Of a stretch of DNA of 64,000 bases, positions 49,833 through 59,558 are shown in pieces. The number at the start of each line of letters is the position of its first letter. Position 1 is the first letter of the stretch. The notes under the pieces were generated by a model that was given only the letters and a program-made list of their open reading frames with translations, did not search any database and was not told the DNA's origin. Position numbers and translations under genes: made by a program. This DNA is from an uncultured Fibrobacteria bacterium (GTDB lineage Bacteria; Fibrobacterota; Fibrobacteria; UBA11236): assembly GCA_963716395.1 (NCBI GenBank), contig OY970309.1, forward strand, positions 2,528,001-2,592,000, given 5' to 3'.

Positions 49833-50674
49833 GCCGGCCTTGGCGTCTGCTCTTCACGGGGCGGCAAAGCGGCGCCTTCAATATGGCCGCCGACGCCGCG
49901 GTGCTGCACGCGGTGGAGGCCGGGGGTTCCCCGCCTACGCTGCGGTTGTACGGCTGGGATCCCCCGTGCGTCAGCCTCGGTCATTTTCAAAATGCTCCGG
50001 CCGAACTCGACTCCGCAGCCCTGTGCCGACGGGGGTGGGATTGGGTGAAGCGCCCCACGGGGGGGCGCGCCGTGTTGCACGTCGACGAAATCACCTATTC
50101 CTTGGCCCTGCGGCAAGACGCCGCGCCCTGGGGTGCCACCCTGCGGTCGTCGCATGCGCGCATCGGGCAAGCCTGGGCGCAGGCTCTGGCAGCCTATGCG
50201 GTGCGCGTGGCCGACGGGGACATCGACGCGGCGCGCGCGCCCGCCGGGCCGGGCGGAGCGAGGCCGTGTTTCGCCAGCACAGCGCGCGACGAATTGTCGC
50301 ATGCGGGCCGCAAGGTGGTGGGGTCGGCGCAGCGCCGGACGCGCGGCGCCCTGCTGCAGCACGGATCGATTCCGCTGACGCAGGCGCATGAAGACCTGGT
50401 CGACGTGCTGCGCATTTGTGATGAAGATCGTGACCGATATCGTAAAGAAATCCGGTCTCATGCCGTGTCGCTCCGTGAAATCGGTCCCGTGCCGCCGGCA
50501 CCCGAAGCGTGGATGCGTGAATTGGCGGCGTCGTTTTGCACCGCGCTGGGCGTGGCGGCCGCACCGGGCGATTTTTCCGACGCCGAGAGCGATCGCCTCC
50601 GGCAAGGAGTCGCCGAACATCAAGCGCGCCAGCGGGAGTTTTTTGCGCTGGAGCCCGCGGTGATGCGGGCTTAA
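49829..50674 (+). CDS. Lipoate-protein ligase / octanoyltransferase (LipM/LplA-like)
   Basis: NMAAD, TLRLYGW, SLGHFQ, RPTGGRAVLH, CF, KVVGSAQ, LQHGSI. Confidence 0.88.
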   Translation: MSRPWRLLFTGRQSGAFNMAADAAVLHAVEAGGSPPTLRLYGWDPPCVSLGHFQNAPAELDSAALCRRGWDWVKRPTGGRAVLHVDEITYSLALRQDAAPWGATLRSSHARIGQAWAQALAAYAVRVADGDIDAARAPAGPGGARPCFASTARDELSHAGRKVVGSAQRRTRGALLQHGSIPLTQAHEDLVDVLRICDEDRDRYRKEIRSHAVSLREIGPVPPAPEAWMRELAASFCTALGVAAAPGDFSDAESDRLRQGVAEHQARQREFFALEPAVMRA

Positions 50675-50758
50675 CGCGTTGGCGCCACGCCTTTCCCTGG
50701 CGGAAAGGCGCCATTCCCGCCGCCAGGAGTTAAATTTCCACCTCTTTCGAGGATAAAT

Positions 50759-52462
50759 TTGCCCGCACCGGTTTCCGCGCCCGCTTCGCTCGCGCCCTTG
50801 ATTGTACAGGGCGACATGACCTTGCTGCTGGAAGCCGCGCACCCCTTGCACGACGAGGTGCGCGACGCCATCGCCGTATTCACCGAATTGGTGAAAAGCC
50901 CCGAGCACGTACACACCTACGGCATTTCCCATCTCTCGCTGTGGAACGCCGCGTCAGCCGGGCATTCGTCGCACGAGGTGCTGGAAACCTTGCGGAAATA
51001 TTCGCGCTACCCGTTGCCCTCCAACGTGATTTATGAAATCGAAACCTTCATGGATCGCTACGGCCAGGTGCGCCTACGTCGCGAAAACAACGCCTTGTGG
51101 CTCGAAGCCGAAGATCCGAAGTTGCTGGAAGAAATCTGCCGCCACCGCGAAATTGCGGTCTACCTGGCCGAGCCCGCCCGCCAGGGCAAGGCACAGTTGC
51201 TCCCGCATTGCCGCGGACCCATCAAGGTGGCGTTGACCCAAATCGGGTTTCCCGCCGAGGATTTGGCGGGCTACGCCCAAGGCACGCCGCTCGCGGTCGA
51301 TTTGCGCACCACCACTTTGGCGGGACAACCGCTCCAGGTGCGCGATTATCAGGAGTCGGCCGCGCGCGTCTTCCATGCCGGCGGCAGCGAAAAAGGTGGA
51401 TCGGGCGTGGTGGTGCTGCCCTGCGGCGCGGGCAAAACCTTGGTGGGTCTGGCGGTGCTGGCGCGCTGCCGGTGCCACACCTTGGTTCTGACCACCAATG
51501 TCACCGCGGCGCGGCAATGGATTCGCGAGATCCTCGATAAGACCACGTTGACCGCGGATCAGGTCTCGGAATACACCGGCGATTCCAAAACCATCGCGCC
51601 CGTCACCGTGGCCACCTACCAGATTCTGACCTACCGCAAGCGCAAGACCGAAGAGTTTCCGCATTTCGACATCTTCCAGAACAAAGCCTGGGGCCTCATC
51701 ATTTATGACGAGGTGCATTTGCTCCCCGCCCCGGTATTCCGGATTTCAGCCGACATGCAGGCCACGCGACGCTTGGGTTTGACGGCCACCTTGGTGCGTG
51801 AAGATGGCCGCCAAAAAGAAGTCTTCTCGCTCATCGGCCCGAAAAAATTTGAAGTGCCGTGGAAGGTGTTGGAGCAGCAGGGGTGGATCGCCGTCGCCGT
51901 ATGCACCGAAATCCGCGTGCCCTTGCGCGCCAGCGAGCGCATGACCTACGCCATGGCCGACCTGCGCCGCAAAACCGTACTGGCCTCCACCAACCCGGAA
52001 AAAATCCCGGTGGTCAAGGAATTGATCCGCCGCCATGTCGGCGATCGCATTTTGATCATCGGGCAATACCTCGATCAGCTCGACATGCTCCAGGATATCC
52101 TTTCCGCGCCGCTGATTACGGGCTCCACGCCCAACAGCGAACGCGAGCAGCTCTATCACGCCTTTCGCACCGGGGCGATTTCGTTGCTGATCGTTTCCAA
52201 GGTGGGAAACTTCGCGGTCGACATTCCCGACGCCAATGTTCTGATTCAGGTGTCGGGAACTTTCGGCAGCCGGCAGGAAGAGGCGCAGCGCCTGGGCCGC
52301 ATCCTCCGGCCCAAGGTCAACGGTTCAAAAGCGCATTTTTACACGTTGATCACGCGCGACACCAAGGAGCAGGAATTCGGCATGAACCGGCAACTCTTTC
52401 TCGTGGAGCAGGGCTATGCCTACACGGTGGCGGAATGGAGGGATTATGTGGTCAACGGGTAA
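50759..52462 (+). CDS. XPB/Ssl2-like DNA repair helicase
   Basis: PLIVQGD..LLLE, ELVKSPEH.HTY, LPCGAGKT, DEVH, LGLTATLVREDG, SGTFGSRQEEAQRLGRILRPK. Confidence 0.92.
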   Translation: MPAPVSAPASLAPLIVQGDMTLLLEAAHPLHDEVRDAIAVFTELVKSPEHVHTYGISHLSLWNAASAGHSSHEVLETLRKYSRYPLPSNVIYEIETFMDRYGQVRLRRENNALWLEAEDPKLLEEICRHREIAVYLAEPARQGKAQLLPHCRGPIKVALTQIGFPAEDLAGYAQGTPLAVDLRTTTLAGQPLQVRDYQESAARVFHAGGSEKGGSGVVVLPCGAGKTLVGLAVLARCRCHTLVLTTNVTAARQWIREILDKTTLTADQVSEYTGDSKTIAPVTVATYQILTYRKRKTEEFPHFDIFQNKAWGLIIYDEVHLLPAPVFRISADMQATRRLGLTATLVREDGRQKEVFSLIGPKKFEVPWKVLEQQGWIAVAVCTEIRVPLRASERMTYAMADLRRKTVLASTNPEKIPVVKELIRRHVGDRILIIGQYLDQLDMLQDILSAPLITGSTPNSEREQLYHAFRTGAISLLIVSKVGNFAVDIPDANVLIQVSGTFGSRQEEAQRLGRILRPKVNGSKAHFYTLITRDTKEQEFGMNRQLFLVEQGYAYTVAEWRDYVVNG

Positions 52463-53969
52463 CGTCCCCGCTACGGGGTGGCGGAAGACCGCCGCGCTGG
52501 CGTTGGTCCTGGGGGGGCTGGCGGTTTCGGCCGGGGCGCAGGAAATTCACGCCTGCTATCGGCAATTGGACAACGGCCTCAAGGTCATCATTTATCCGCG
52601 CCACCGCAATCCCATCGTGGCTTGCCGGCTGTTTTACGTGACGGGATCGGTACACTCGGCGCCGGGCCGCGTGGGCATCGCCCATTTGCTCGAACATCTG
52701 CTCTTCAAGGGAACGCGCAAGGTCGGCACGCATGATTCCACCAAGGATCTGGCCATCGAAGCCAAAATCGATACCCTGATGGATACCATCGACGCCTTGG
52801 GTGCGCCCGATTCGCTGCGCAAGGCCGCGCTCATGCACCGTTACGATTCGCTGCTGACCGAGCAACGCAAATACCTGATGCCTTACGAACTGTGGGGCGC
52901 GTACGAGAAGGCCGGCGGCACCGATCTCAACGCCTTCACCGCCGATTTGATGACGGCGTATTTCGTCACCCTGCCGCGCAACAAGGTCGAACTCTTTTTT
53001 TGGCTCGAAGCCGACCGCATGCAACATGCGGTGTTCCGCGAATTCTACCCCGAGCGCGACGTGGTGATGGAAGAGCGCCGCATGCGCGTTGACGATAGTC
53101 CCACGGGCCGTTATTGGGAAAGTCTGCTGGGCGTGTTTTACGAAGCCCATCCCTACCGTTTTCCCACCATCGGCTATCCTTCCGACCTGCACCATCTGTC
53201 CCGGCGCGAAGCCGAGCAGCAATATCGCCGGTATTATAAGCCCAACAACGCCATCCTGGTCCTGGCCGGCGACGTCGACACGACCTGGGCTCTGGAGAAG
53301 ATTCGGCAGTATTTCGGGTCCATTCCGCGCGGCGAAGAATTTCCGCCCGTGGTCACCCAAGAGCCGGTACCGGCCGGGGAGAAGCGCCTGACCGTGCGCC
53401 GCAATGATGCCAACCCTCGGCTTGACATCCTGTTTCACACGCCGGGCTATCCCAACCCCGATTTGCCCGCTCTCGACATCGCCGAAGCCGTCTTGTCGGG
53501 GCACAGCGGACGTCTGTATCGCAAGCTGGTCTCGGAGAAGAAGCTGGCGATCGACGCCTCGGCCGGCAATGACGTGGAGTTGTACACCTCGAATTTCCAG
53601 GTGTCGGTGGACCTCGACGGCAATCCGCCCATCGACCAGGTGGAGAAAGCCACCTGGGAAGTGCTTGACAGCATGACCAAGACGCCGATTTCGCCGCGCG
53701 AACTCGAACGCGCGCGCAATCAGGTCTATGCCAACAGTGTGCGCCAGGGCGAAGATCTCGAAAACCTGGCCACCGAATTGGCGTCGTGGGAAATGCGCGG
53801 AAGCTGGCAGGATATCAACCGCTTTCCCGCCGCCGTCCGCAAGGTCACGGCCGAGCAGGTACGCGCGGTGTGCGCCAAATATTTCCGCGACGATTGGGCG
53901 ACTCTCGGAGAGATTCTGCCGCGGCCGGGCGACTCCTCCGAAGCCGCCGCGAACGGAGGTGGAAAATGA
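52446..53969 (+). CDS. Exported M16 family zinc peptidase (catalytic subunit)
   Basis: Signal peptide; inverted zinc motif HLLEH, NAFT, LEADRM, ERDVVMEERRMR, Y.PNNA.L..AGD. Confidence 0.9.
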   Translation: MWSTGNVPATGWRKTAALALVLGGLAVSAGAQEIHACYRQLDNGLKVIIYPRHRNPIVACRLFYVTGSVHSAPGRVGIAHLLEHLLFKGTRKVGTHDSTKDLAIEAKIDTLMDTIDALGAPDSLRKAALMHRYDSLLTEQRKYLMPYELWGAYEKAGGTDLNAFTADLMTAYFVTLPRNKVELFFWLEADRMQHAVFREFYPERDVVMEERRMRVDDSPTGRYWESLLGVFYEAHPYRFPTIGYPSDLHHLSRREAEQQYRRYYKPNNAILVLAGDVDTTWALEKIRQYFGSIPRGEEFPPVVTQEPVPAGEKRLTVRRNDANPRLDILFHTPGYPNPDLPALDIAEAVLSGHSGRLYRKLVSEKKLAIDASAGNDVELYTSNFQVSVDLDGNPPIDQVEKATWEVLDSMTKTPISPRELERARNQVYANSVRQGEDLENLATELASWEMRGSWQDINRFPAAVRKVTAEQVRAVCAKYFRDDWATLGEILPRPGDSSEAAANGGGK

Positions 53970-55412
53970 AATGCGCCATGACCGTATTGGGGCTGGGTCT
54001 CGGTGTCCTCCAGGCAGCGCCGCCGATTCCCCCGGGTTATTCCGAGATCAAATTTCCGACCTGGACGTATCAGCCGCCGAATCCCAAGGAATACCGGGTG
54101 GAACTGAAAGACGGCGTGGTGGCCTATCTGGTTCCCGATTCCACACTGGATCTGGTGCAATTGTCGCTGTATTGCGGCCGCCCCAACGTGCCGCGCAAAC
54201 CCGCCGACGTGGCGGCGCTCGATCTCTATTCCGCATTGCTGAAAAGCGGCGGCACCCGGCAATTGACGCCGGAACAACTCGAAGACAGTCTGGAATTCAC
54301 CGCGGCGTCGGTGTCGGCCAACCTGGGCAATTATCAGAACGAAGCTGCGTTCGACGCTTTGGGGAAAGATGCCGACGCCATGCTGCATCTGCTCCCGCAA
54401 GTGGTTTTGCAGCCGCGCCTCGATCCGCAGGTGTTCAAGCTGCAGCAGCGCGATCTCCTCGAAGCGATCCAGCACCGCTATTCCAAGCCGCGCGGCGTCA
54501 TGGGCGTGGCCTATGAACGCGTCATGCAGGGCAGTCATCCGCTCAATTGGACGGCCGACTGAAAAAGAGGTCGAGACCCTGACGCCCGCGGCGCTCAAGC
54601 CCTTGGCCGGCAGGGGATTCACCCGCAAAGGCATGGTGCTGGCCGTGGCCGGCCGCTTTAACCGCGCCGACATGATCCGCCGGTTGAACGACTTGGTTTC
54701 CCAATTTCCCGCCGGAGGAAAAGACGAGGCGGTGCCGGCTTTCAAAGGCCCACGCCCGCCCGGCGTATACCTGGTGGACAAACCTTTCTCCCAAGCCACC
54801 ATCCGCATCGGCGCGCCCGGCGTGCAAAGACCCGACCCCGACTATTACCGCCTGGTGGTGGCCAGCTACATCTTCGGCGACGGCGGCTTTACTTCGCGCC
54901 TGATGAAGCGCGTGCGCATCGACGAAGGCCTGGCCTACGGCATCGGCAGCGAAATCGAAAGCGATTACCACCGCCGGGGCACGGTGTACGCCGGATTGCA
55001 GACCAAGGCGCCCACCGGCGCCTACGCCATCAAATTGGTGTTCGAAGAAATGCGGCGTATGGCCCGCGACGGCATCACCGACGACGAATTGGCCAAAGCC
55101 AAAGACGGGTTGCTGAAAAGCCTGCCCTCGCTCTTCGACACGCCTCTCAATACGGCGCGCCTTTTCGCCCAGGGCGAGCTTTGGCAGCGCAAGCCCGATC
55201 ATTTCCGCGAATACGAAAAGCGGATCAAGGCCATGACCCGGGCCGAAGTCGAAGCCACTTTCCGCAAGTATTTCAATCCCGACTCCATGCGCATCGTGGT
55301 GGTGGGGCCCAAAGACATTTTGCTGCAACGCGACGATGCGCACAAAGTATCGCTGGCGGATTTCGGCAAAATCGTCGAGCTCACCCCGGACGAACTGGAT
55401 CGACGCGAATGA
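53966..55412 (+). pseudogene. Exported M16 family peptidase partner subunit with one apparent +1 frameshift near 54554
   Basis: N-half 53966-54562 and C-half (GGFTSRL..VRIDEGLAY) in another frame; removing one G restores W-T-P-T-E-K-E-V. Confidence 0.8.
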
Positions 55413-56659
55413 GCGCGGACCTGCGGCGCGTCGTGGTCACGGGCCTGGGTACCGTGAACCCGCTGGGGCTTTCGGTGGAGGAATTCTGGACGAACCTCGC
55501 GGCCGGCAAGTCCGGCGTGCGCCTCATCGATCGCTTCGACAGCAGCACGTTTTCCAGCCGCATCGCGGGGCTGGTTCCCGACTTCGATCCGCTGCCGTTT
55601 TTTCAGGACGCGAAGATGGCGCGGCGCCTGGATCGGGCCATCACCTATGCCGGAGTGGCCGGCCACCAGGCCTTGCGCGATGCGGGGTTGGAGGCGGGGG
55701 CGTATGATCCCGAACGCGTGGGCGTCTATTTCGGCAGCGGCATGGGCGGCGTGGGCACCTTCGAAGCCGACACCGAAGTCAAGGCCGCGCGCGGCCATAA
55801 GCGCGTGTCGCCGTTCTTCGTGCCCATGATCCTGCCCAATACGGCCTCGGGGTATTTCAGCATCGAGCACGGTTTCATGGGGCCCAATTACGCCGCGGTC
55901 TCGGCCTGCGCCAGCGCCAACCATGCGCTGGGCGAAGCCTTCCACGCGCTGCGGCGCGGCGACGCCGACGTCATTTTCGCCGGCGGCACCGAAGCGGCGG
56001 TGGTGGCGGTGGTGGTGGCCGGTTTCGCCAACATGAAAGCGCTGTCGACCCGCAACGACGATCCCCAAGGCGCGTCGCGGCCGTGGGACCAGGGACGCGA
56101 TGGATTCGTCATGGCCGAAGGCGCCGCCGTGCTCTGCCTCGAAGGGCTGGAGCACGCGCAACGGCGCGGGGCCCGCATTTACGCCGAGTTCGCGGGATTC
56201 GGTCAAAGCAGCGACGGATATCACATTACCGCCCCCCACCCCGAGGGGCGGGGCGGCTGCCTGGCCATGCAAGCCGCGCTGCGCAGCGCCGCCATGAATC
56301 CCGAGGAGATCGATCTCGTGAATGCGCACGGAACTTCGACGCCGCTCGGCGATATCGGCGAAACCAAGGCCCTGAAAAAATGCTTCGGCGCCCACGCCCG
56401 ACGGCTCATGGTGCATTCGACCAAATCCCTAATCGGCCACGCGCTGGGGGCGGCGGGGGCCATTGAAGCCGTGGCCGCTTTGCTGGCCCTGCACCGCGGT
56501 GTGGTGCATCCGACGTTGAACCTGCACGAGCCCGATCCCGAATGCGATCTCGATTACGTACCCAACCGGACGCGCGAAGCCCGGGTGCGCGCCGTACTCT
56601 CCAACTCTTTCGGCTTCGGCGGGCACAACGCCACGGTGATTCTGAAACGCTTCGGCTAG
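55409..56659 (+). CDS. fabF: Beta-ketoacyl-ACP synthase II
   Basis: RRVVVTGLG, SACAS, SRPWD..RDGFV..EG, NAHGTST, KSLIGH.LGAAG, SNSFGFGGHN. Confidence 0.96.
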   Translation: MSADLRRVVVTGLGTVNPLGLSVEEFWTNLAAGKSGVRLIDRFDSSTFSSRIAGLVPDFDPLPFFQDAKMARRLDRAITYAGVAGHQALRDAGLEAGAYDPERVGVYFGSGMGGVGTFEADTEVKAARGHKRVSPFFVPMILPNTASGYFSIEHGFMGPNYAAVSACASANHALGEAFHALRRGDADVIFAGGTEAAVVAVVVAGFANMKALSTRNDDPQGASRPWDQGRDGFVMAEGAAVLCLEGLEHAQRRGARIYAEFAGFGQSSDGYHITAPHPEGRGGCLAMQAALRSAAMNPEEIDLVNAHGTSTPLGDIGETKALKKCFGAHARRLMVHSTKSLIGHALGAAGAIEAVAALLALHRGVVHPTLNLHEPDPECDLDYVPNRTREARVRAVLSNSFGFGGHNATVILKRFG

Positions 56660-56671
56660 GATTGCCTTTCC

Positions 56672-57604
56672 ATGCCGACTCCGCGCCACGCCTTGGCCGT
56701 GCGCACCCCGCCTCGGGCCACCGCCGTTTCGCCTTGGGTGGTGGCGGCCTTGACGGTCCTGACGGTCCTGGCGGCGTTGGGGTGTTCGCCCTCGTTTGCC
56801 GATCCGCCGGCGCCCCCCACCGCGCCGCGCATCAGCCCCGGCCAGCGGGATTACTGCAACCTGCTGTATGGCTGCGATCTGCCACGGCCGCCCGGGTTCT
56901 GCCCGGCACCCGACGTCTTGGGCAAACCCGATTTCGACTTCGACAGCACGCGTTGTTCCGAAGCCCGCACCTTGGATGGCCGCGGGGTCAAGCCCACCAA
57001 TCCCGTGGTGGGATTCCAGTTGTACCGTTTTCTCGGCTTGGAATACCGCGTGGTGTACTGGGCCAGCGACACCTTGCCGCTGTCGGTGGCGCGGCTGGAA
57101 TTTCTGCTGCAGGATTTACCCTTGGCCGCCCGGCTCGTCAGCCATTACCAGGATGAGCCTTACACCGCGCAATATCTCGACGCGGCGCACACCTATTTCC
57201 AGGGGACCAAGGGAAAACATTTGTGGGGACAGGCGCGTTTGATTTCGGGTTCGACGGCCGAAAAGCATCTCTTTTATTTCGGCACCGGGACGGCCGAGAT
57301 CGCCTTTTGGACGCTCAAGGGGCCGGCTCTGCTCGACTTCAGCTATTGGCCCGTTGACGGGACCAAACCGGGCGTGGGGTATCGCATGAAGTTGTTGGTG
57401 TTTCCCGGCAACGGTTTCATCAATGCCATCATGAACCTCGGGCTGTTTAAAAAAGTGGTGATCGGCAAGGTGCGCGAAGTGCTCGATGACATTACCGCCA
57501 CCGCGCATAAGTTGGCCCAAACCGGCGGCGCCGATTTGCTGCAAAGCCCGCAATGGACTCCCGACGAAAAAAAGAAAATCGCCGCCTTTCTGAAACTGCC
57601 ATGA
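56672..57604 (+). CDS. Hypothetical exported protein, possible lipoprotein
   Basis: Hydrophobic N-terminus ending LGC; Cys-containing N-domain; genome-typical codon usage; ATGA overlap with next gene. Confidence 0.6.
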   Translation: MPTPRHALAVRTPPRATAVSPWVVAALTVLTVLAALGCSPSFADPPAPPTAPRISPGQRDYCNLLYGCDLPRPPGFCPAPDVLGKPDFDFDSTRCSEARTLDGRGVKPTNPVVGFQLYRFLGLEYRVVYWASDTLPLSVARLEFLLQDLPLAARLVSHYQDEPYTAQYLDAAHTYFQGTKGKHLWGQARLISGSTAEKHLFYFGTGTAEIAFWTLKGPALLDFSYWPVDGTKPGVGYRMKLLVFPGNGFINAIMNLGLFKKVVIGKVREVLDDITATAHKLAQTGGADLLQSPQWTPDEKKKIAAFLKLP

Positions 57605-58281
57605 CGGAGCCCGCGGAAGATTTTCCGGACGATGCGGATTCTGCCGCCGATCGCTTCGCTTTCAAGCTGACTCCGGCGCGGCGGGCCCTGCTGCAACGGG
57701 TGGTGTCGCAGCGCACCCGCCATTTCACCTTGGTGCTCGAAGACCTGAAAGACCCGCACAACATCAGTGCCGTCATCCGCACCTGCGAAGTGTTCGGTTT
57801 TCAAGACGTGCATGTGATCCAAGAGGTGAACCCCTACCGCGTTTCGCGTTCGGTGCTGAAGGGCAGTTACAAGTGGCTCGACATCTTCTGCCACGCCAAG
57901 CGCCAGCATTGCCTCGAACGCCTGCGCGGCCGGGGCTACCGCATCGCCGTGGCGTCGACCGCGGCCGAAACCTCGTTGTACGATTTGGATCTTTCCGCGC
58001 CCACGGCGTTTTACCTCGGGTCGGAAACTTTGGGGAACCATCCCGATACTTTGGCGCAATCCGACCTGCGCTTTCGCATTCCGCAGCAGGGCTTCACCGA
58101 AAGCCTGAACGTGTCGGTGTGTGCGGGCGTGATCATGGCCACCTTGGATCGCTGGCTGCACCAGCAGGGACGGGAGCGCTATGCGCTATCGGAGGCCGAC
58201 CAGGCCGCACTGCTGCGCGTGTTTTACGAGCGCAGCGCGCTCGGGGTCGATGGCCGGTCGCCCCTGCACGAGCTGGACTGA
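57601..58281 (+). CDS. trmH: TrmH/SpoU RNA methyltransferase
   Basis: VLEDLKDPHNISAVIRTCE.FG, GSE..G, IPQQGFTESLNVSV. Confidence 0.88.
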   Translation: MTEPAEDFPDDADSAADRFAFKLTPARRALLQRVVSQRTRHFTLVLEDLKDPHNISAVIRTCEVFGFQDVHVIQEVNPYRVSRSVLKGSYKWLDIFCHAKRQHCLERLRGRGYRIAVASTAAETSLYDLDLSAPTAFYLGSETLGNHPDTLAQSDLRFRIPQQGFTESLNVSVCAGVIMATLDRWLHQQGRERYALSEADQAALLRVFYERSALGVDGRSPLHELD

Positions 58282-58284
58282 GCG

Positions 58285-59337
58285 CTAACCGGCGGCAGCC
58301 GTCGTGGCGGCGGCGGACAGCACCAGGTTTTCGGTGGCCTCCCAGCCGAGGCATTCGTCGGTCACCGAAACCCCGTAGCGTAATTGCGAAACGTCGGCCG
58401 GAATTTTCTGGTTGCCCGCGAAGAGATGGCTTTCGACCATGGCGCCCACCAAGGCGCGGTTGCCCTCCCGGCGCTGCTCCAGCACGCTGTTCCACACCGC
58501 GGCCTGCTGTTCGTGGCGCTTGCCGGTGTTGCCGTGGCTGCAATCGATCACCAGGCGCGGGTCGAGCCCGGCCTGGGTCAGCGCGCGCGTGGCCGCGGCC
58601 ACGCTGGCCGGGTCGTAGTTGGGGTGGGCGCGTCCCCCGCGCAGCACCAGGTGGCCGTAAGCGTTGCCGTTGGTTTTGACGATGCAGGTACGGCCGTCGC
58701 CGTCCAAACCGAGAAAGCTGTGCGCGCCGCGCGAGGCATGCAGCGCGTCGATGGCCACCTGCACGTTCCCGTCGGTGCCGTTCTTGAACCCCACGGGCAT
58801 GGAAAGCCCGCTGGCCATTTGCCGGTGGGTTTGCGATTCGGTGGTGCGCGCGCCGATGGCGGCCCAGCTCACCAGGTCGGCGATGTATTGGGGCACGATG
58901 GGGTCGAGGAACTCCGAGGCCGCCGGCACGCCCAGCGCGTTGAGGCGCAGCAGCAGGCGGCGCGCTTCGCGCAAGCCGGTGGAGATGTCGCCCGAGTCGT
59001 CGAGATGCGGGTCATAGATGAAACCCTTCCAGCCCACGGTGGTGCGCGGCTTTTCGAAATACACGCGCATCACCAGGAACACGTCTTCCGCGACGCGTTC
59101 CCGTAGTCGGCCAATCTTTTCGCCATATTCCAGCGCGGCTTCGGGGTCGTGGATGGAGCAGGGCCCGAGGATGGCCAACAGGCGCGTGTCTTCGCCGCGC
59201 AGAATGCGCTGGATCGCGGCGCGCGCCGCGACCACCGTCGCGTTCGCGGCTTCGTCCATGGGAAAGGCGCCTTTGAGTTCGGCGGGTGAGATCAAGGGAA
59301 TGGTTTCCCGAATGTTGAGGTTTTCAGTGCGTTGCAT
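58285..59337 (-). CDS. 3-deoxy-7-phosphoheptulonate (DAHP) synthase, class I-alpha (AroF/G/H type)
   Basis: GPCSIHD, MRVYFEKPRTTVGWKG, IGARTTESQTHR, GFKNGTDG, IDCSHGN, MVESH, YGVSVTD.C. Confidence 0.95.
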   Translation of the reverse strand: MQRTENLNIRETIPLISPAELKGAFPMDEAANATVVAARAAIQRILRGEDTRLLAILGPCSIHDPEAALEYGEKIGRLRERVAEDVFLVMRVYFEKPRTTVGWKGFIYDPHLDDSGDISTGLREARRLLLRLNALGVPAASEFLDPIVPQYIADLVSWAAIGARTTESQTHRQMASGLSMPVGFKNGTDGNVQVAIDALHASRGAHSFLGLDGDGRTCIVKTNGNAYGHLVLRGGRAHPNYDPASVAAATRALTQAGLDPRLVIDCSHGNTGKRHEQQAAVWNSVLEQRREGNRALVGAMVESHLFAGNQKIPADVSQLRYGVSVTDECLGWEATENLVLSAAATTAAAG

Positions 59338-59361
59338 GGTTTTCTCTTTTCTGCGGCCCGG

Positions 59362-59391
59362 CAACAAAAAACCCCCGGGCTTCCGGGGGTT
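59362..59391 (-). terminator. Attenuator terminator upstream of DAHP synthase
   Basis: Minus strand AACCCCCGG-AAGC-CCGGGGG-TTTTTTGTTG. Confidence 0.88.
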
Positions 59392-59420
59392 GTGACACTT
59401 GGCTCGCGCGCGCCAATGCC

Positions 59421-59477
59421 TTAACCCCCGGGGGTGACCCGCCAGAAGTAAAAGCCGAAAGCGCGCCGGGAATTCAT
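59421..59477 (-). CDS. Attenuation leader peptide MNSRRAFGFYFWRVTPGG (Phe/Tyr/Trp-rich)
   Basis: 18-codon ORF with F-G-F-Y-F-W run directly upstream of a terminator and DAHP synthase. Confidence 0.85.
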   Translation of the reverse strand: MNSRRAFGFYFWRVTPGG

Positions 59478-59486
59478 TTCCCTTTT

Positions 59487-59515
59487 AATATATCGCTGCG
59501 GCGCCGGGCCGTCAA
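59487..59515 (-). promoter_or_regulatory. Sigma70-type promoter for leader peptide and DAHP synthase
   Basis: Minus strand TTGACG-17 nt-TATATT. Confidence 0.75.
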
Positions 59516-59558
59516 TCTTTCCGCGCCCCATTTTTGCCACTCCGGGTATCCGGCGGTT

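Noticed and set aside
50688-50727. Alternative hairpins upstream of the XPB gene as a riboswitch
   Set aside because: Short GC-rich stems with no U-tract or recognisable aptamer; could be chance
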